From assembly GCA_016927275.1 (NCBI GenBank), contig JAFGMW010000030.1, forward strand, positions 8,135 through 72,134: 64,000 nt of DNA. The letters run 5' to 3'. Of the stretch, positions 9,449 to 19,169 are shown in pieces. The stretch comes from Pseudomonadota bacterium. GTDB taxonomy: Bacteria; UBA10199; 2-02-FULL-44-16; JAAZCA01. Each line of letters begins with the position of its first letter. Position 1 is the stretch's first letter. The notes under the pieces are model-generated. The model was not told the origin of the DNA, did not search any database, and worked only from the letters and a program-made list of their open reading frames with translations. The translations under genes were made by a program, and so were the position numbers.

Positions 9449-12093
9449 ATCCGGCCGAGATATCAGCCAGCCGATTGCCCGACAGGCCCTGCGTCGATGA
9501 GGTCGCTGTCGCCAGGGACCCGCTCGCCGCGGTCCGCGATCTCGTCTTAGCGAGGAGGGGTTGGTTCGCCGACGCGCTCGCCTCGCGCTGCGACTCCCTC
9601 GAGACATGCAATGCCGCGAGCGACATGATCGACCGCGCGGTCGCGCTCCTGTATGCCCGGGCAAACCCCTGCGGGGACAGCGCGGTACTCGCGCTGGGCG
9701 GCTACGGGCGCAGGGAGATGGCGCCCCAGAGCGACGTGGACCTGCTGTTCCTCGTCGCCGACGGGTCGGGGGAGGCTGCGGGCCCGATCGCGGACTCCAT
9801 CCTCTATCCGTTCTGGAACAGCGGCATAGACGTGGGCGGCGCGACCAGGACCCTGGACGACTGCAGGCAGGTGATGCACAGCGACGTGCGCGCGCTGACC
9901 GCGATGATGGACGCGAGGCTCGTCGCGGGCTCGGCGGGGCTCTACGACAGGTTCAGGGGGCTGATCGGGGATCACTTCGCCTCGCCCGAGCAGCGCGCCA
10001 GGTTCGTCGACTGCAAGATCAGGGAGCACGCAAGGAGGCTGGAGAGGTACGGGAGCTCCATATATCTCGCGCAGCCGAACCTCAAGGAGGGGGAGGGCGG
10101 GCTCCGCGAGATGCATACGCTGATGTGGGCCGCGCGCGCCGCAATGCCCGGCTCGGATGGGAAGGAAGCGATGGCGCGATACCTGGGCGGCGCAGAACCG
10201 CTCGCCCGCCTCTACGACTGCTTTCGCTTCATGTGGTCGGTGAGGCTGGCGCTGCATCTCTGCGAAGGATCGTGGAACGACCGCCTGGCCGACTCGGTGC
10301 AGGACGAGGTGGCAAAGAGGCTCGGTTTCTGCGCTCTGCCGGGCGAGCAGGGATCGCAGCGCCTCCTCTCGCGCTACTACGAGAATGCGGAGGGGATGCA
10401 CCTCGCGTGCGAGAGGGCCATAGAGATGATAAGGCGCGAGGTGCACCCGGTCTCGAGGCTCTCCTCGCTCATACTGCGCAGGCGGCTCAGGGGCGGGCTC
10501 GTGAAGACGGAGCACGGCACCCTGCGAATGGAGCGGGAGCCGGCCGCCGCATCGTGCGAGGAGGCGATCGGGCTTTTCGCGGCATCGGGCAGGACGGGCC
10601 TCCCTGTCGACCCCGAGACCAGGGGCGCGCTGGCCGCGGGCCGTCGCTGGAGGGAGGGGCTCTCTTCCGGGGCCGCGTCCCCGGCCCTGAGGGATATGTT
10701 CGCGAAACTCGACTCTCTCGACTCGGTGCTTTCGCAGATGCGCGAGTGCGGGGCGCTCGACGCGGCGTTCCCGGAGATGGCGGCGCTCTTCCACAGCGCC
10801 CAGCGCGACGGGCTGCACTCTTACACGGTCGGCGTCCACTCGGTGAAGGCGGTCGCCGAGATCTCGGCGCTCGCCCGCTCCGGGGGCCGACACGCGCTCT
10901 CGAGGACGCTCGCGCAGGTGAAGAGGCCCGCGGTGCTGGCGCTCGCGGCGTTCCTCCACGACATAGGCAAGGGGAGGGGCGGCGACCACGCCAACAAGGG
11001 CGCCGCAATCGCCGCGGCGATAGCCTCGAGGCTCGGGTTCGACCCCGTCGACTGCCGGGACGTCGAGTACCTCGTCCGATCGCACCTGCTCATGTCGATA
11101 CTCGCATTCAAGCGCGACATAAGGGACCCCTCCCTCATCGAGAGGTTCGCTCAGTCGGTCAGCTCCGCGGAGATGCTCGCAATGCTCTACCTCATAACCT
11201 ACGCCGACCTCAGGGCCGTGGGCCCGTCGGTGTGGAGCGAGTGGAAGGGCGGGCTGCTGGAGGAGCTCTATTCGAGGACCGTGCGGCAGATGGCGGCGGG
11301 CGAGGTGAGCGCGGTCAAGCGTGGGCGCGAGGCGGAGAGGATAGTTAAATCGGCGATGCGGAGGATGGGCGCCGGCTGCGACGAGGGGGAGCTCAGGCGG
11401 TTCCTCAAGACGCTGCCCGAGAGGTACCTCTTCTCCGTGGAGCCGGAGTCGCTGGCCGCCCACTTCATGATGTCGAGGGAGATGGGCGATCGGCCTGTCT
11501 CCACGGTCACGAGGGAGATAGCGGCAAGGGGCTGCACCGAGTTCTCGGTGGTGACCAAAGACTCGCCGGGCCTCTTCGCCAAGATCGCGGGGGTCCTCTC
11601 CGCAAACGGGGCAAACATAATCGACGCCCAGCTCTACACCTCGACCGAGGGGAAGGCCATCGACGTCCTGTGGGTAACCGACTCCCTTCACGGGCCGTTC
11701 GACGACGCGGAGCGCTGGTCCAGGATCCGCTCGGAGCTCGCGCAGGCGGTTTCGGGCGAGAGGGAGCTTGCGAAGATCGTCGGCGGCCGCTTCAGGCGCA
11801 GGCTCATGGCGTGGAACGCGGCGAGGTCGCCGGTCGAGGTCACGGTGGACAACGACGTCTCGGCCATGCACACGGTCGTGGAGATATCGGCCGACGACCG
11901 CAGGGGGCTGCTCTACACCATAGCGGACGCCATACACGAGCTTGGTCTCATGATAGATCTGGCGCGCATCACCACCCATGTTGACCGGGTCATAGATGTC
12001 TTCTATATTAAGGGCCCGGACGGGAGAAAGATCGACTCCCCCGAGGGGATCGAGCGCATAAGGCGGACGCTGTCCGACGCGCTCGCCGACTGA
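9445..12093 (+). CDS. glnD: [protein-PII] uridylyltransferase/uridylyl-removing enzyme GlnD
   Basis: Nucleotidyltransferase motif LGGYGRREMAPQSDVDL at about residue 85 from a GTG start that overlaps the amidase stop (GTGA). Also an HD domain (FLHDIGKGRGGDH) and two C-terminal ACT domains. The alternative ATG at 9625 would give 822 aa. Confidence 0.75.
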   Translation: MNPAEISASRLPDRPCVDEVAVARDPLAAVRDLVLARRGWFADALASRCDSLETCNAASDMIDRAVALLYARANPCGDSAVLALGGYGRREMAPQSDVDLLFLVADGSGEAAGPIADSILYPFWNSGIDVGGATRTLDDCRQVMHSDVRALTAMMDARLVAGSAGLYDRFRGLIGDHFASPEQRARFVDCKIREHARRLERYGSSIYLAQPNLKEGEGGLREMHTLMWAARAAMPGSDGKEAMARYLGGAEPLARLYDCFRFMWSVRLALHLCEGSWNDRLADSVQDEVAKRLGFCALPGEQGSQRLLSRYYENAEGMHLACERAIEMIRREVHPVSRLSSLILRRRLRGGLVKTEHGTLRMEREPAAASCEEAIGLFAASGRTGLPVDPETRGALAAGRRWREGLSSGAASPALRDMFAKLDSLDSVLSQMRECGALDAAFPEMAALFHSAQRDGLHSYTVGVHSVKAVAEISALARSGGRHALSRTLAQVKRPAVLALAAFLHDIGKGRGGDHANKGAAIAAAIASRLGFDPVDCRDVEYLVRSHLLMSILAFKRDIRDPSLIERFAQSVSSAEMLAMLYLITYADLRAVGPSVWSEWKGGLLEELYSRTVRQMAAGEVSAVKRGREAERIVKSAMRRMGAGCDEGELRRFLKTLPERYLFSVEPESLAAHFMMSREMGDRPVSTVTREIAARGCTEFSVVTKDSPGLFAKIAGVLSANGANIIDAQLYTSTEGKAIDVLWVTDSLHGPFDDAERWSRIRSELAQAVSGERELAKIVGGRFRRRLMAWNAARSPVEVTVDNDVSAMHTVVEISADDRRGLLYTIADAIHELGLMIDLARITTHVDRVIDVFYIKGPDGRKIDSPEGIERIRRTLSDALAD

Positions 12094-12102
12094 GGCCTTC
12101 AT

Positions 12103-12312
12103 ATGGTCTGGTACATCATCGCGGGACTGGCAGGGGCTGTCGCCGTCGCATTGCTTGTCGGGACGTACGTGAGGGACCGCCGCTACCTGCGCAGCAGGAC
12201 CTCCGAGGTGATGGGCGAGGGGCTCAAGGCCGAGATCGATCAGGAGCGCGCCGCGTCTCTCGCGAGGCGGGAGTCGTGGCGCAAGGCGCTCGACGATGCA
12301 AGGAAGGGGTGA
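12103..12312 (+). CDS. hypothetical small membrane protein
   Basis: 69-aa product with one N-terminal TM helix, directly downstream of glnD. Confidence 0.4.
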   Translation: MVWYIIAGLAGAVAVALLVGTYVRDRRYLRSRTSEVMGEGLKAEIDQERAASLARRESWRKALDDARKG

Positions 12313-12314
12313 AG

Positions 12315-12653
12315 ATGGCCCGCATAAAGATATGCAAGGAGCCTGACTGCAGGGACGCCGCCACCACCGACGGCTACTGCCGCATGCACTATCTCAAGCA
12401 CTGGAGCAGCATCAAACAGGCGTCGAAGCGGGCGGCCATCCGCAGGCTCAACCGCTACATCGAGCACGTCTGCAGGGAGAACCCGGACGACTACGCCGAC
12501 GTCATACGCAAGGACCTGCGCTCCCCGCAGTTTGCGGGCTTCGCGGAGGAGGGGTCCCTCGGCGAGGACGAAGGGGTGATCTTCGGCGAGGGGGCCAGCG
12601 AGGAGGAGATCGAGCGGATCATAAAGAAGCTCAAGGTGGAGGAGGGGTTCTGA
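12315..12653 (+). CDS. hypothetical Cys/His-containing small protein (possible zinc ribbon)
   Basis: ATG preceded by AGGAAGGGG. The N-terminus reads CKEPDCRD...GYCRMHY. The tail is acidic. Confidence 0.5.
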   Translation: MARIKICKEPDCRDAATTDGYCRMHYLKHWSSIKQASKRAAIRRLNRYIEHVCRENPDDYADVIRKDLRSPQFAGFAEEGSLGEDEGVIFGEGASEEEIERIIKKLKVEEGF

Positions 12654-12658
12654 AGGCC

Positions 12659-12686
12659 GTGACTCGTGACTCGTAACTCGTGATTG
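12659..12686. repeat. heptamer tandem repeat array (GTGACTC/GTAACTC, complement of GAGTYAC), 4 units
   Basis: gtgactcgtgactcgtaactcgtgattg, immediately before the bidirectional terminator. Confidence 0.8.
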
Positions 12687-12701
12687 GCGGTGGAGGACAA
12701 G

Positions 12702-12740
12702 AAAAAACCCCGGGCGGGACACCCGGGGTTTTCATTTTTC
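12702..12740. terminator. bidirectional intrinsic terminator between convergent genes
   Basis: AAAAAA-CCCCGGGCGGGACACCCGGGG-TTTTCATTTTT, between the Cys-rich small gene (+) and the OPT gene (-). Confidence 0.65.
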
Positions 12741-12762
12741 CGCGGCCCTTGGGCCCTGTGCC

Positions 12763-14772
12763 TTACGCCTTCTTCCTCGAGGGCAGCCAGATCAGGGAGA
12801 AGGCGACCGCTGCGAAGACCAGAAGCGACAGCCACCCGCCGTGCGACGACAGTATGGGCAGCTCCTCCATGCCGAAGAATCTGCCCGAGAGCGAAGGTAT
12901 GCCCACGAGCACGAGCGCGGCGAGCAGGACCCCTGTTATCGCCTCGCCCGCGATGAAGCCGGAGGCCATGAGGACGCCGGGCCCCTCGAGCCCCTCGACG
13001 TATGTGCCGCGCCTCTTCGCCAGCAGGTCCGCTATCCACTTGATCACGCCGCCCACGAATATCGCGAACGTCGCCTGGAACGGCAGGTACATGCCGACCG
13101 CGATGAGCATGGGCGCCGGCGCCTTGATGAGAATGAGGGAGAGAGCGAAGAACATCCCTATGATGAGGAGCCCCCACGGCATCTCGCCGGTTATGATCCC
13201 CTTTGCCAGCTGTGCCATGAGGCCGGCCTGCGGCGCAGGCAGCGTGGTCCCGCCGATCCCGAGGCCGCCCGCGGCGATGTTGCCCTCGTGAAGGACGATG
13301 ATAGGCACGACCAGGGTGAACGCCACGACCACCGTGCCGATTATTGCGGCGAGCTCCATCTTCCAGGGCGTGCCGCCGATGAGCTGCCCGACCTTGAGGT
13401 CCTGGATCATGTCGCCCGAGAGGCAGGCGATGCAGCAGACGACCGCGGCGATCGCGAGCACGGCCGCGATGCCGGGCAGCCCCTTCAGCCCGAACATCAC
13501 CATCACCAGGGCCGCGATGATGAGGGTGGAGAGGGTGAGGCCCGAGACCGGCTGGTTGGAGTTGCCCACGATCCCCACGAGCCAGCCTCCGACCGCTGCG
13601 AAGAGGAAGCCGGTTATCATCATCACGACCACCGAGACGATCGTGCCCACCATGTTGTCGGTGAAATAGTGGTAGATGAAGGCCATGGGTATCGCCAGGC
13701 CGAGGCCGGCGAGAAGAACCACCTTCAGGTTCAGGTCGCGCTCGGTCCTGGATTTTTTGACCTCGTGGTGCGCATGCCTGCTGAATATCCCCTTGACCGC
13801 GCTGAAGAGCGAACCGCGCAGCCCGTACAGGGTGTATATGGAGCCGACGAGCATCCCGCCCACGGCGATCGGCCTGACGAGGTTGAACCAGGCGGTGTAG
13901 GCCATGTCCTCGTGGGAGACGATGGAGCCCCCGGCGGACAGCTGCTCCATGAACGAGGGGTTGATGAAGAGGGCCAGCGGTATGAGGACCAGCCAGGCCA
14001 GGACCCCTCCCGCGAAGTTGATGCAGGAGTACTTGGGGCCGATGATGTAGCCCACGCTCATGAGGGCGGGCGAGGCGAGCGGCGACTGGAACGCCACGCC
14101 GCCGGTGTGGCCGATGTCGGCCAGCGGCTCCTGGCCCCGGTTGAAGTGGTGGATGACCGAGCGCGGGAAGTGGATGAAGAACTCCCTGGTCTCCTTGAAG
14201 ATCGCTATGCCGCCCGGGTTCTTGAGCATCTCGGCGAGCACTCCCAGCCCGAGCGCGCCGAAGACGTACCCTGCGCCGCTCGCGCCGCTCTGGCCGCTCT
14301 TGACGATCTCGTAGCAGGCGTACCCCTCGGGGAAAGGCAGGTCCGCGTCCACGAGCAGGGTCCTGCGCAGGAGGATCACGAAGAGGATGCCCATGAGGCC
14401 GCCCACGAGGCAGATGAGAGACGACTCCCAGTAGTTGAAGCTTGTCCAGAGCCGCTCCCCGTCGAGGCTCACCATGACGAAGGCGGGGAGGGTGAATATC
14501 GCCCCCGCCACCAGCGCCTCGCCGACCGCGGCCGCGGTTCGCGCGGTGTTCTGCTCGAGCACGGTCCCGCGGAAAAAGGGGAGTCTGAAGGCCGCGATCG
14601 CTATGACCGCGGCAGGGAAAGAGGCGGACACGGTCATGCCAGCCTTGAGGCCGAGGTAGGCGTTGGCGGCGCCGAGGATGACCGCCATGAGGACGCCCAG
14701 GATCAGGGCCTTGATGGTGAACTCCGCCATTCCGGCCTCTGCCGGCACATAGGGCTTAAGTTCGTTCGACAT
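12763..14772 (-). CDS. OPT family oligopeptide transporter
   Basis: 669-aa polytopic membrane protein. The N-terminal YVP...LILGVLMAVILGAANAYLGLKAGMTVSAS signature is typical of bacterial OPT family members. Confidence 0.8.
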   Translation of the reverse strand: MSNELKPYVPAEAGMAEFTIKALILGVLMAVILGAANAYLGLKAGMTVSASFPAAVIAIAAFRLPFFRGTVLEQNTARTAAAVGEALVAGAIFTLPAFVMVSLDGERLWTSFNYWESSLICLVGGLMGILFVILLRRTLLVDADLPFPEGYACYEIVKSGQSGASGAGYVFGALGLGVLAEMLKNPGGIAIFKETREFFIHFPRSVIHHFNRGQEPLADIGHTGGVAFQSPLASPALMSVGYIIGPKYSCINFAGGVLAWLVLIPLALFINPSFMEQLSAGGSIVSHEDMAYTAWFNLVRPIAVGGMLVGSIYTLYGLRGSLFSAVKGIFSRHAHHEVKKSRTERDLNLKVVLLAGLGLAIPMAFIYHYFTDNMVGTIVSVVVMMITGFLFAAVGGWLVGIVGNSNQPVSGLTLSTLIIAALVMVMFGLKGLPGIAAVLAIAAVVCCIACLSGDMIQDLKVGQLIGGTPWKMELAAIIGTVVVAFTLVVPIIVLHEGNIAAGGLGIGGTTLPAPQAGLMAQLAKGIITGEMPWGLLIIGMFFALSLILIKAPAPMLIAVGMYLPFQATFAIFVGGVIKWIADLLAKRRGTYVEGLEGPGVLMASGFIAGEAITGVLLAALVLVGIPSLSGRFFGMEELPILSSHGGWLSLLVFAAVAFSLIWLPSRKKA

Positions 14773-14957
14773 TTATCTCCCCCTTGAGAAGAAGGCCTGC
14801 GGAGGCAGGCGGTTTTTCCCGCACTACCCGATCGGGAAGCCTGTGTCAAACACATGATCGCGCTTGCCTTTTCACCGCCGTGTGCTATGGCAGGCGGGAT
14901 TTCAAACCAGGGCCAGGCGGGGCATGCCGGCCCTCCACGGATCGAAAGGAGGGGGTT

Positions 14958-15407
14958 ATGGCAGCGCAGTACAACACAAATGATGTGTCCCAGCTCATCG
15001 ATCGGTTCATGAAGGCGTACGAGAGCCGCAACATCGATCTCCTGGCCCAGACTGTCGCCAGGGACGCGGACTTCGTGGCCTACGGCACCGACGAGGGTGA
15101 GTACTGGCACGGCTGGGAGTCCTACCGTTCGGCGACCGAGAAGCTGTTCGGCGCCCTCGACGAGATCCACTGGAAGCGCGGGACCCCGATGATCCGCTTC
15201 TCGACCGACGGAAAGGTGGCGTGGTTCGCGGAGGACCTGCACGGGAAGTTTCTGACCGGCGGCGAGACCCACGAGTGCAACCTGCGCCTGACCGGCATCG
15301 CCGAGAACAGAAACGGGCAGTGGACGATAGTCCAGTTCCACCGCTCGGTGCCGTTCCACCCGCACGCGGTGCCTTACCTTGAGACACACGGCGTCCGTTT
15401 CGACTGA
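14958..15407 (+). CDS. SnoaL-like/NTF2-fold protein
   Basis: ATG after AAGGAGGGGG. The 149-aa soluble product has an NTF2-like pattern (DLLAQTVARDADFVAYGTDEGEYWHGWE). Confidence 0.55.
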   Translation: MAAQYNTNDVSQLIDRFMKAYESRNIDLLAQTVARDADFVAYGTDEGEYWHGWESYRSATEKLFGALDEIHWKRGTPMIRFSTDGKVAWFAEDLHGKFLTGGETHECNLRLTGIAENRNGQWTIVQFHRSVPFHPHAVPYLETHGVRFD

Positions 15408-15456
15408 CGGCCGTCGACCGGGGGATTGACGACACGCAACAGGAAACGGAGGCATT

Positions 15457-17478
15457 ATGGAAAAGCAGCGGTTCACCCCGTACGTGCCCGAGGGCACCGA
15501 CATGCGGGAATTCACGGTAAGGGCGCTGGTGCTCGGACTTGTCATGACGGTGGTGCTCGGCGCGGCCAACGCCTATCTCGGCCTTCGCGCCGGGATGACG
15601 ATCGCCGCCACCTATCCGGCCGCGGTCCTGGGAATGGCATTCCTCAGGATATTCAAGGGTTCCATACTCGAGGAGAACATCGCGAGGACCGTCGGCTCGG
15701 TCGGCGAGTCGCTGGCAGCGGGCGCCATCTTCACGCTCCCGGCGTTCTTCCTGGCCGGCGTCTGGACCGACATGGCGACGGTGCAGCACTATCTCGAGGC
15801 CACGGGCATCATGGCCGTGGGCGGCGTGCTGGGCATCCTCTTCGTCACGATGCTCCGTCGAGTCATGGTCGAGGACGCGGAGCTTCCTTACCCGGAGTCG
15901 ATCGCCGCGGCAGAGATACACAAGGCGGGCCGCAAGGGCGGCAGCGGCGCAGTTTATCTGATATGGGCGATGATCGGCGGCGCCCTCGTCCAGCTGGCAG
16001 GCGCGCTGTCGCTGTTCGCCACCAGCTGGGAGCGCTTCATACACTTCGCCAAGACAGGCGTGGGCCTGTTCACCAGCAAGGGCGAGCTGATCACAAAGGT
16101 CAGCGCAGGCGGCGGCACGCTGCTCACTACGCCGCACGTTTCTCCCGCCTACATCGGCGTGGGCTACATCATCGGTCCCAGGCTCGCGGCTCTCAACTTC
16201 GCCGGCGGCATACTCGCCTGGGGGCTGTTCGTCCCGCTCCTGCTGTACTTCGTGGGCCCATCGCTCGAGCCGGTCATGGCTCAGGAGGGGATGAACCTCG
16301 ACTGGGTCTCGATGTCCTACGCGGCATGGAAGTACATGGTGAGGCCGATCGCCATCGGAGGCATGCTCGTCTCCGCGTGCTACACGCTATACCGGATGCG
16401 CAAGAGCCTGGTGACGGGCCTTGTGCGCTCCATCGGCGACCTCAAGAAGGCCGCCACCGCGAGCGAGGAGAAGAGCAGGCTCGACCGCGACATCAGCTTC
16501 AAGGTCGTGGCCCCGCTGATACTCCTCGTGTCCGTGGCCATGGGCTTCCTCTACTACTACTTCTGCAACGACGTTAAGGGCGCGGTCATCGCCACCGTGG
16601 TCATGGTCGTGACGGGGTTCTTCTTCGCCGCGGTCTCCGGCTACCTGGTCGGCATGATCGGATCGTCGAACAACCCGGTCTCCGGGCTCACCATCTCCAC
16701 GCTGATCATCTCGGCGCTGCTCATGGTCTTCATGGGCGTCTCCGGCGTCTCCGGCGTGGCGGCGGTGCTGGGTGTCGCGGCGGTCGTGTGCGTCTCCTCG
16801 GCGGTCGCCGGCGAGATGCTCCAGGACCTCAAGGTCGGCCACTTCCTCGGCGGCACGCCCTGGAAGATGCAGTCCGGCAACATCATAGCGGTGCTCGTCT
16901 CTGCGGTCGTGATGTTCGTCCCGATCATCTTCCTGCACCAGGCGGACATAAACATGGGCGGCACAGGCCTCGGAGGTCAGGCTCTTCCGGCGCCTCAGGC
17001 GGGCCTCATGGCGATGCTGGCCAAGGGGATCGTCGCGGGCGAGATGGCGTGGCCCCTGGTGATCGTCGGCATGCTCATGGCGATCGCCATGATCTGCGTT
17101 CAGGTCCGAAGCCCCATGCTCGTCTCGGTGGGCATGTACCTCCCGTTCGGGACGGTTTCGGCGATATTCGTCGGCGGCATGATCCGCGCTATCGCGGACA
17201 AGCTTGCAGAGCGACGCAAGCTCAACGACGCGCAGAAGATCCGCATGGAGAACGGCGGCGTGCTCCTGGCGTCGGGCTTCATCGCGGGCGAGGCGCTGAT
17301 GGGGCTGGTGATCGCGGGGCTCGCGGTCTTCAACATCTTCCTTCCCGCGGTCTTCGCATCGCCTTCATTCATATGGGGAATCGTGATCTTCGTGGCCCTG
17401 GGCTACGTGCTGGTCAAGTTCCCGCTCAAGAACGCAGGGAGTCCAGATGAACCGGCACCACCCGCAGCAATGGCATGA
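15457..17478 (+). CDS. OPT family oligopeptide transporter (paralog)
   Basis: 673-aa product with the same OPT N-terminal signature (YVPEGTDMREFTVRALVLGLVMTVVLGAANAYLGLRAGMTIAA). It is divergent from the first OPT gene. Confidence 0.8.
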   Translation: MEKQRFTPYVPEGTDMREFTVRALVLGLVMTVVLGAANAYLGLRAGMTIAATYPAAVLGMAFLRIFKGSILEENIARTVGSVGESLAAGAIFTLPAFFLAGVWTDMATVQHYLEATGIMAVGGVLGILFVTMLRRVMVEDAELPYPESIAAAEIHKAGRKGGSGAVYLIWAMIGGALVQLAGALSLFATSWERFIHFAKTGVGLFTSKGELITKVSAGGGTLLTTPHVSPAYIGVGYIIGPRLAALNFAGGILAWGLFVPLLLYFVGPSLEPVMAQEGMNLDWVSMSYAAWKYMVRPIAIGGMLVSACYTLYRMRKSLVTGLVRSIGDLKKAATASEEKSRLDRDISFKVVAPLILLVSVAMGFLYYYFCNDVKGAVIATVVMVVTGFFFAAVSGYLVGMIGSSNNPVSGLTISTLIISALLMVFMGVSGVSGVAAVLGVAAVVCVSSAVAGEMLQDLKVGHFLGGTPWKMQSGNIIAVLVSAVVMFVPIIFLHQADINMGGTGLGGQALPAPQAGLMAMLAKGIVAGEMAWPLVIVGMLMAIAMICVQVRSPMLVSVGMYLPFGTVSAIFVGGMIRAIADKLAERRKLNDAQKIRMENGGVLLASGFIAGEALMGLVIAGLAVFNIFLPAVFASPSFIWGIVIFVALGYVLVKFPLKNAGSPDEPAPPAAMA

Positions 17479-17809
17479 CGTAGTCGCAAAGCGCACGGTA
17501 GAGTGGGAGGACGGCCCGGAGGATCGGGCCGTCCTCCTCGTGCCGCGCTTCCGCAGGGGGCCGCTCGCCCGCTGGCTGCAGCCGCGCCTCAAGAGGCCCC
17601 ACATGAGGGTGAAGCTCGACGATCTCGGCACGTTCGTGTGGCGAAGGCTGGACGGGAATACCCCGTTCGACGAGATAGCGAAGGCCATGGAGGGGCATTT
17701 CGGCGAGAGGGCCGCTCCGGCGGATCAGAGGCTCAAGGCTTTCTTCACCATCCTCCACAAGGACAGGTTCGTGGAGCTGTACGCCCCCTCCGCAGGCCGG
17801 ACGGAATAG
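17447..17809 (+). CDS. PqqD family (RiPP recognition element-like) protein
   Basis: Collinear with Klebsiella PqqD: VPRFRRGPLARWLQ compares with VAFRRGYRLQWE, and VKLDDLGTFVWRRLDGNTPFDEIAKAM compares with AKLNETAAAILELVDGRRDVAAII. It overlaps the OPT stop by 32 nt, so the true start is uncertain. Confidence 0.55.
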   Translation: MNRHHPQQWHDVVAKRTVEWEDGPEDRAVLLVPRFRRGPLARWLQPRLKRPHMRVKLDDLGTFVWRRLDGNTPFDEIAKAMEGHFGERAAPADQRLKAFFTILHKDRFVELYAPSAGRTE

Positions 17810-17819
17810 CAGAAACCGG

Positions 17820-19169
17820 ATGACCAGGAAATTCTACATCAAGACCTTCGGGTGCCAGATGAACGAGCACGACTCCGCCAAGATGGCGCTCCTGCTCCAG
17901 TCGCAGGGCTATGCGCCGGGCGAAGACGCGCTCGCCTCGGACATCGTGATATTCAACACCTGCACTATCCGGGAAAAGGCGCATCACAAGGCGATCAGCG
18001 AGATCGGCAGGGCCTCGCAGATAAAGCGCGCGAGCCCGCGCGCCGTCGTCGGCGTGTGCGGGTGCGTGGCACAGGAGGAGGGTGAGCGGATACTCTCGAG
18101 GTTCCCTGACGTGGATTTCGTTCTCGGGCCCGACCAGATATGGAGGCTGGGAGAGGCGATTGCCTGCGCGGAATCGGGGGGCCGCTGCGCCTTCGTCGAC
18201 CTGATCGACGACCCGGACGGTTATCGTTTTCCCGGCCATATACCGCCAGTCACGAGTCACGAGTCACGAGTCACGGCCTTCGTCACCGCCATGAAGGGTT
18301 GCAACTGCGCATGCAGCTACTGCATCGTCCCCTCGGTGCGCGGCCGCGAGGTCTGCCGACCGCCCGGCGAGATCGTGGAGGAGTGCCGGACGCTTGCGGA
18401 TTCGGGAACGAAGGAGGTGACGCTGCTCGGCCAGAACGTCACCGCCTACTCTTTTCTGAATCCCGGGTCCTTGATCCCGGGTGCCGAAAGCCTGGCCTCG
18501 CTAATCAGGAGGATATCGCGCGAGACCGGGATCTCGCGCATCCGATTCACCTCCCCGCACCCGCGCGACATCACCGACGGGCTGATCGGGGAGTTCGCTG
18601 AGAACGAAAGGCTCGCGCCACACATCCATCTCCCGGCACAGTCGGGTTCCGACGGGGTCCTCCGCAGGATGCGGCGCGGCTACACGAGGGAGAGGTATCT
18701 GGACGTCGCGCGCAGGCTCAGGGCCGCGCGGCCGGGCATCTCCATCACGACCGATATCATAGTCGGGTTCTCCCGCGAGACCGACGAGGAGTATCGCGAG
18801 ACTCTCGACCTCATGCGCGAGGTCGGGTTCGACTCCGCGTTCGCTTTCAAGTACTCGCCGAGGCCCGGGACCGAGGCGGCGCGGAAGATGGAGGACGACG
18901 TGCCGGCCGGGGTCAAGGAGCGCAGGCTCGACGAACTTCTCGCGCTGCAGCGCTCTGCATCCCGCAGGCTCAACGAGGCCCTGGTGGGCTCCGAGGGGGA
19001 GGTGCTGGCGGCCGGCCTCGACCGCATGGGCAGGGGGCTTATCACCGGCAGGCTCCCCGACAACCGCATAGTACATTTCTCTGGCCAAGAGGAGCTCATT
19101 GGCTCTATAGTCCGCGTTCGAATCACCTCCGCTAACGACAACTCGCTGACCGGGGAGGCGCTGGCATGA
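17820..19169 (+). CDS. miaB: tRNA-2-methylthio-N6-dimethylallyladenosine synthase MiaB
   Basis: MTTase N-domain (FYIKTFGCQMNEHDS), radical-SAM CxxxCxxC (GCNCACSYC) and C-terminal TRAM domain. It carries an in-frame heptamer-repeat segment at 18248-18276. Confidence 0.85.
   Translation: MTRKFYIKTFGCQMNEHDSAKMALLLQSQGYAPGEDALASDIVIFNTCTIREKAHHKAISEIGRASQIKRASPRAVVGVCGCVAQEEGERILSRFPDVDFVLGPDQIWRLGEAIACAESGGRCAFVDLIDDPDGYRFPGHIPPVTSHESRVTAFVTAMKGCNCACSYCIVPSVRGREVCRPPGEIVEECRTLADSGTKEVTLLGQNVTAYSFLNPGSLIPGAESLASLIRRISRETGISRIRFTSPHPRDITDGLIGEFAENERLAPHIHLPAQSGSDGVLRRMRRGYTRERYLDVARRLRAARPGISITTDIIVGFSRETDEEYRETLDLMREVGFDSAFAFKYSPRPGTEAARKMEDDVPAGVKERRLDELLALQRSASRRLNEALVGSEGEVLAAGLDRMGRGLITGRLPDNRIVHFSGQEELIGSIVRVRITSANDNSLTGEALA
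18248..18276. repeat. heptamer tandem repeat array (AGTCACG x4) inside miaB
   Basis: agtcacgagtcacgagtcacgagtcacgg, translated in frame as VTSHESRVT. Confidence 0.8.

Noticed and set aside
9445-9627. Alternative glnD start at ATG 9625.
   Set aside because: The GTG at 9445 overlaps the upstream stop (GTGA). It places the nucleotidyltransferase motif at the position expected from E. coli GlnD. The ATG would truncate the N-terminal region.
17447-19169. PqqD-like gene plus radical-SAM MiaB as a RiPP maturation pair.
   Set aside because: MiaB has the full MTTase N-domain and TRAM domain of a tRNA methylthiotransferase. It has no SPASM domain, and no precursor peptide gene is evident. So a RiPP cluster is not supported.
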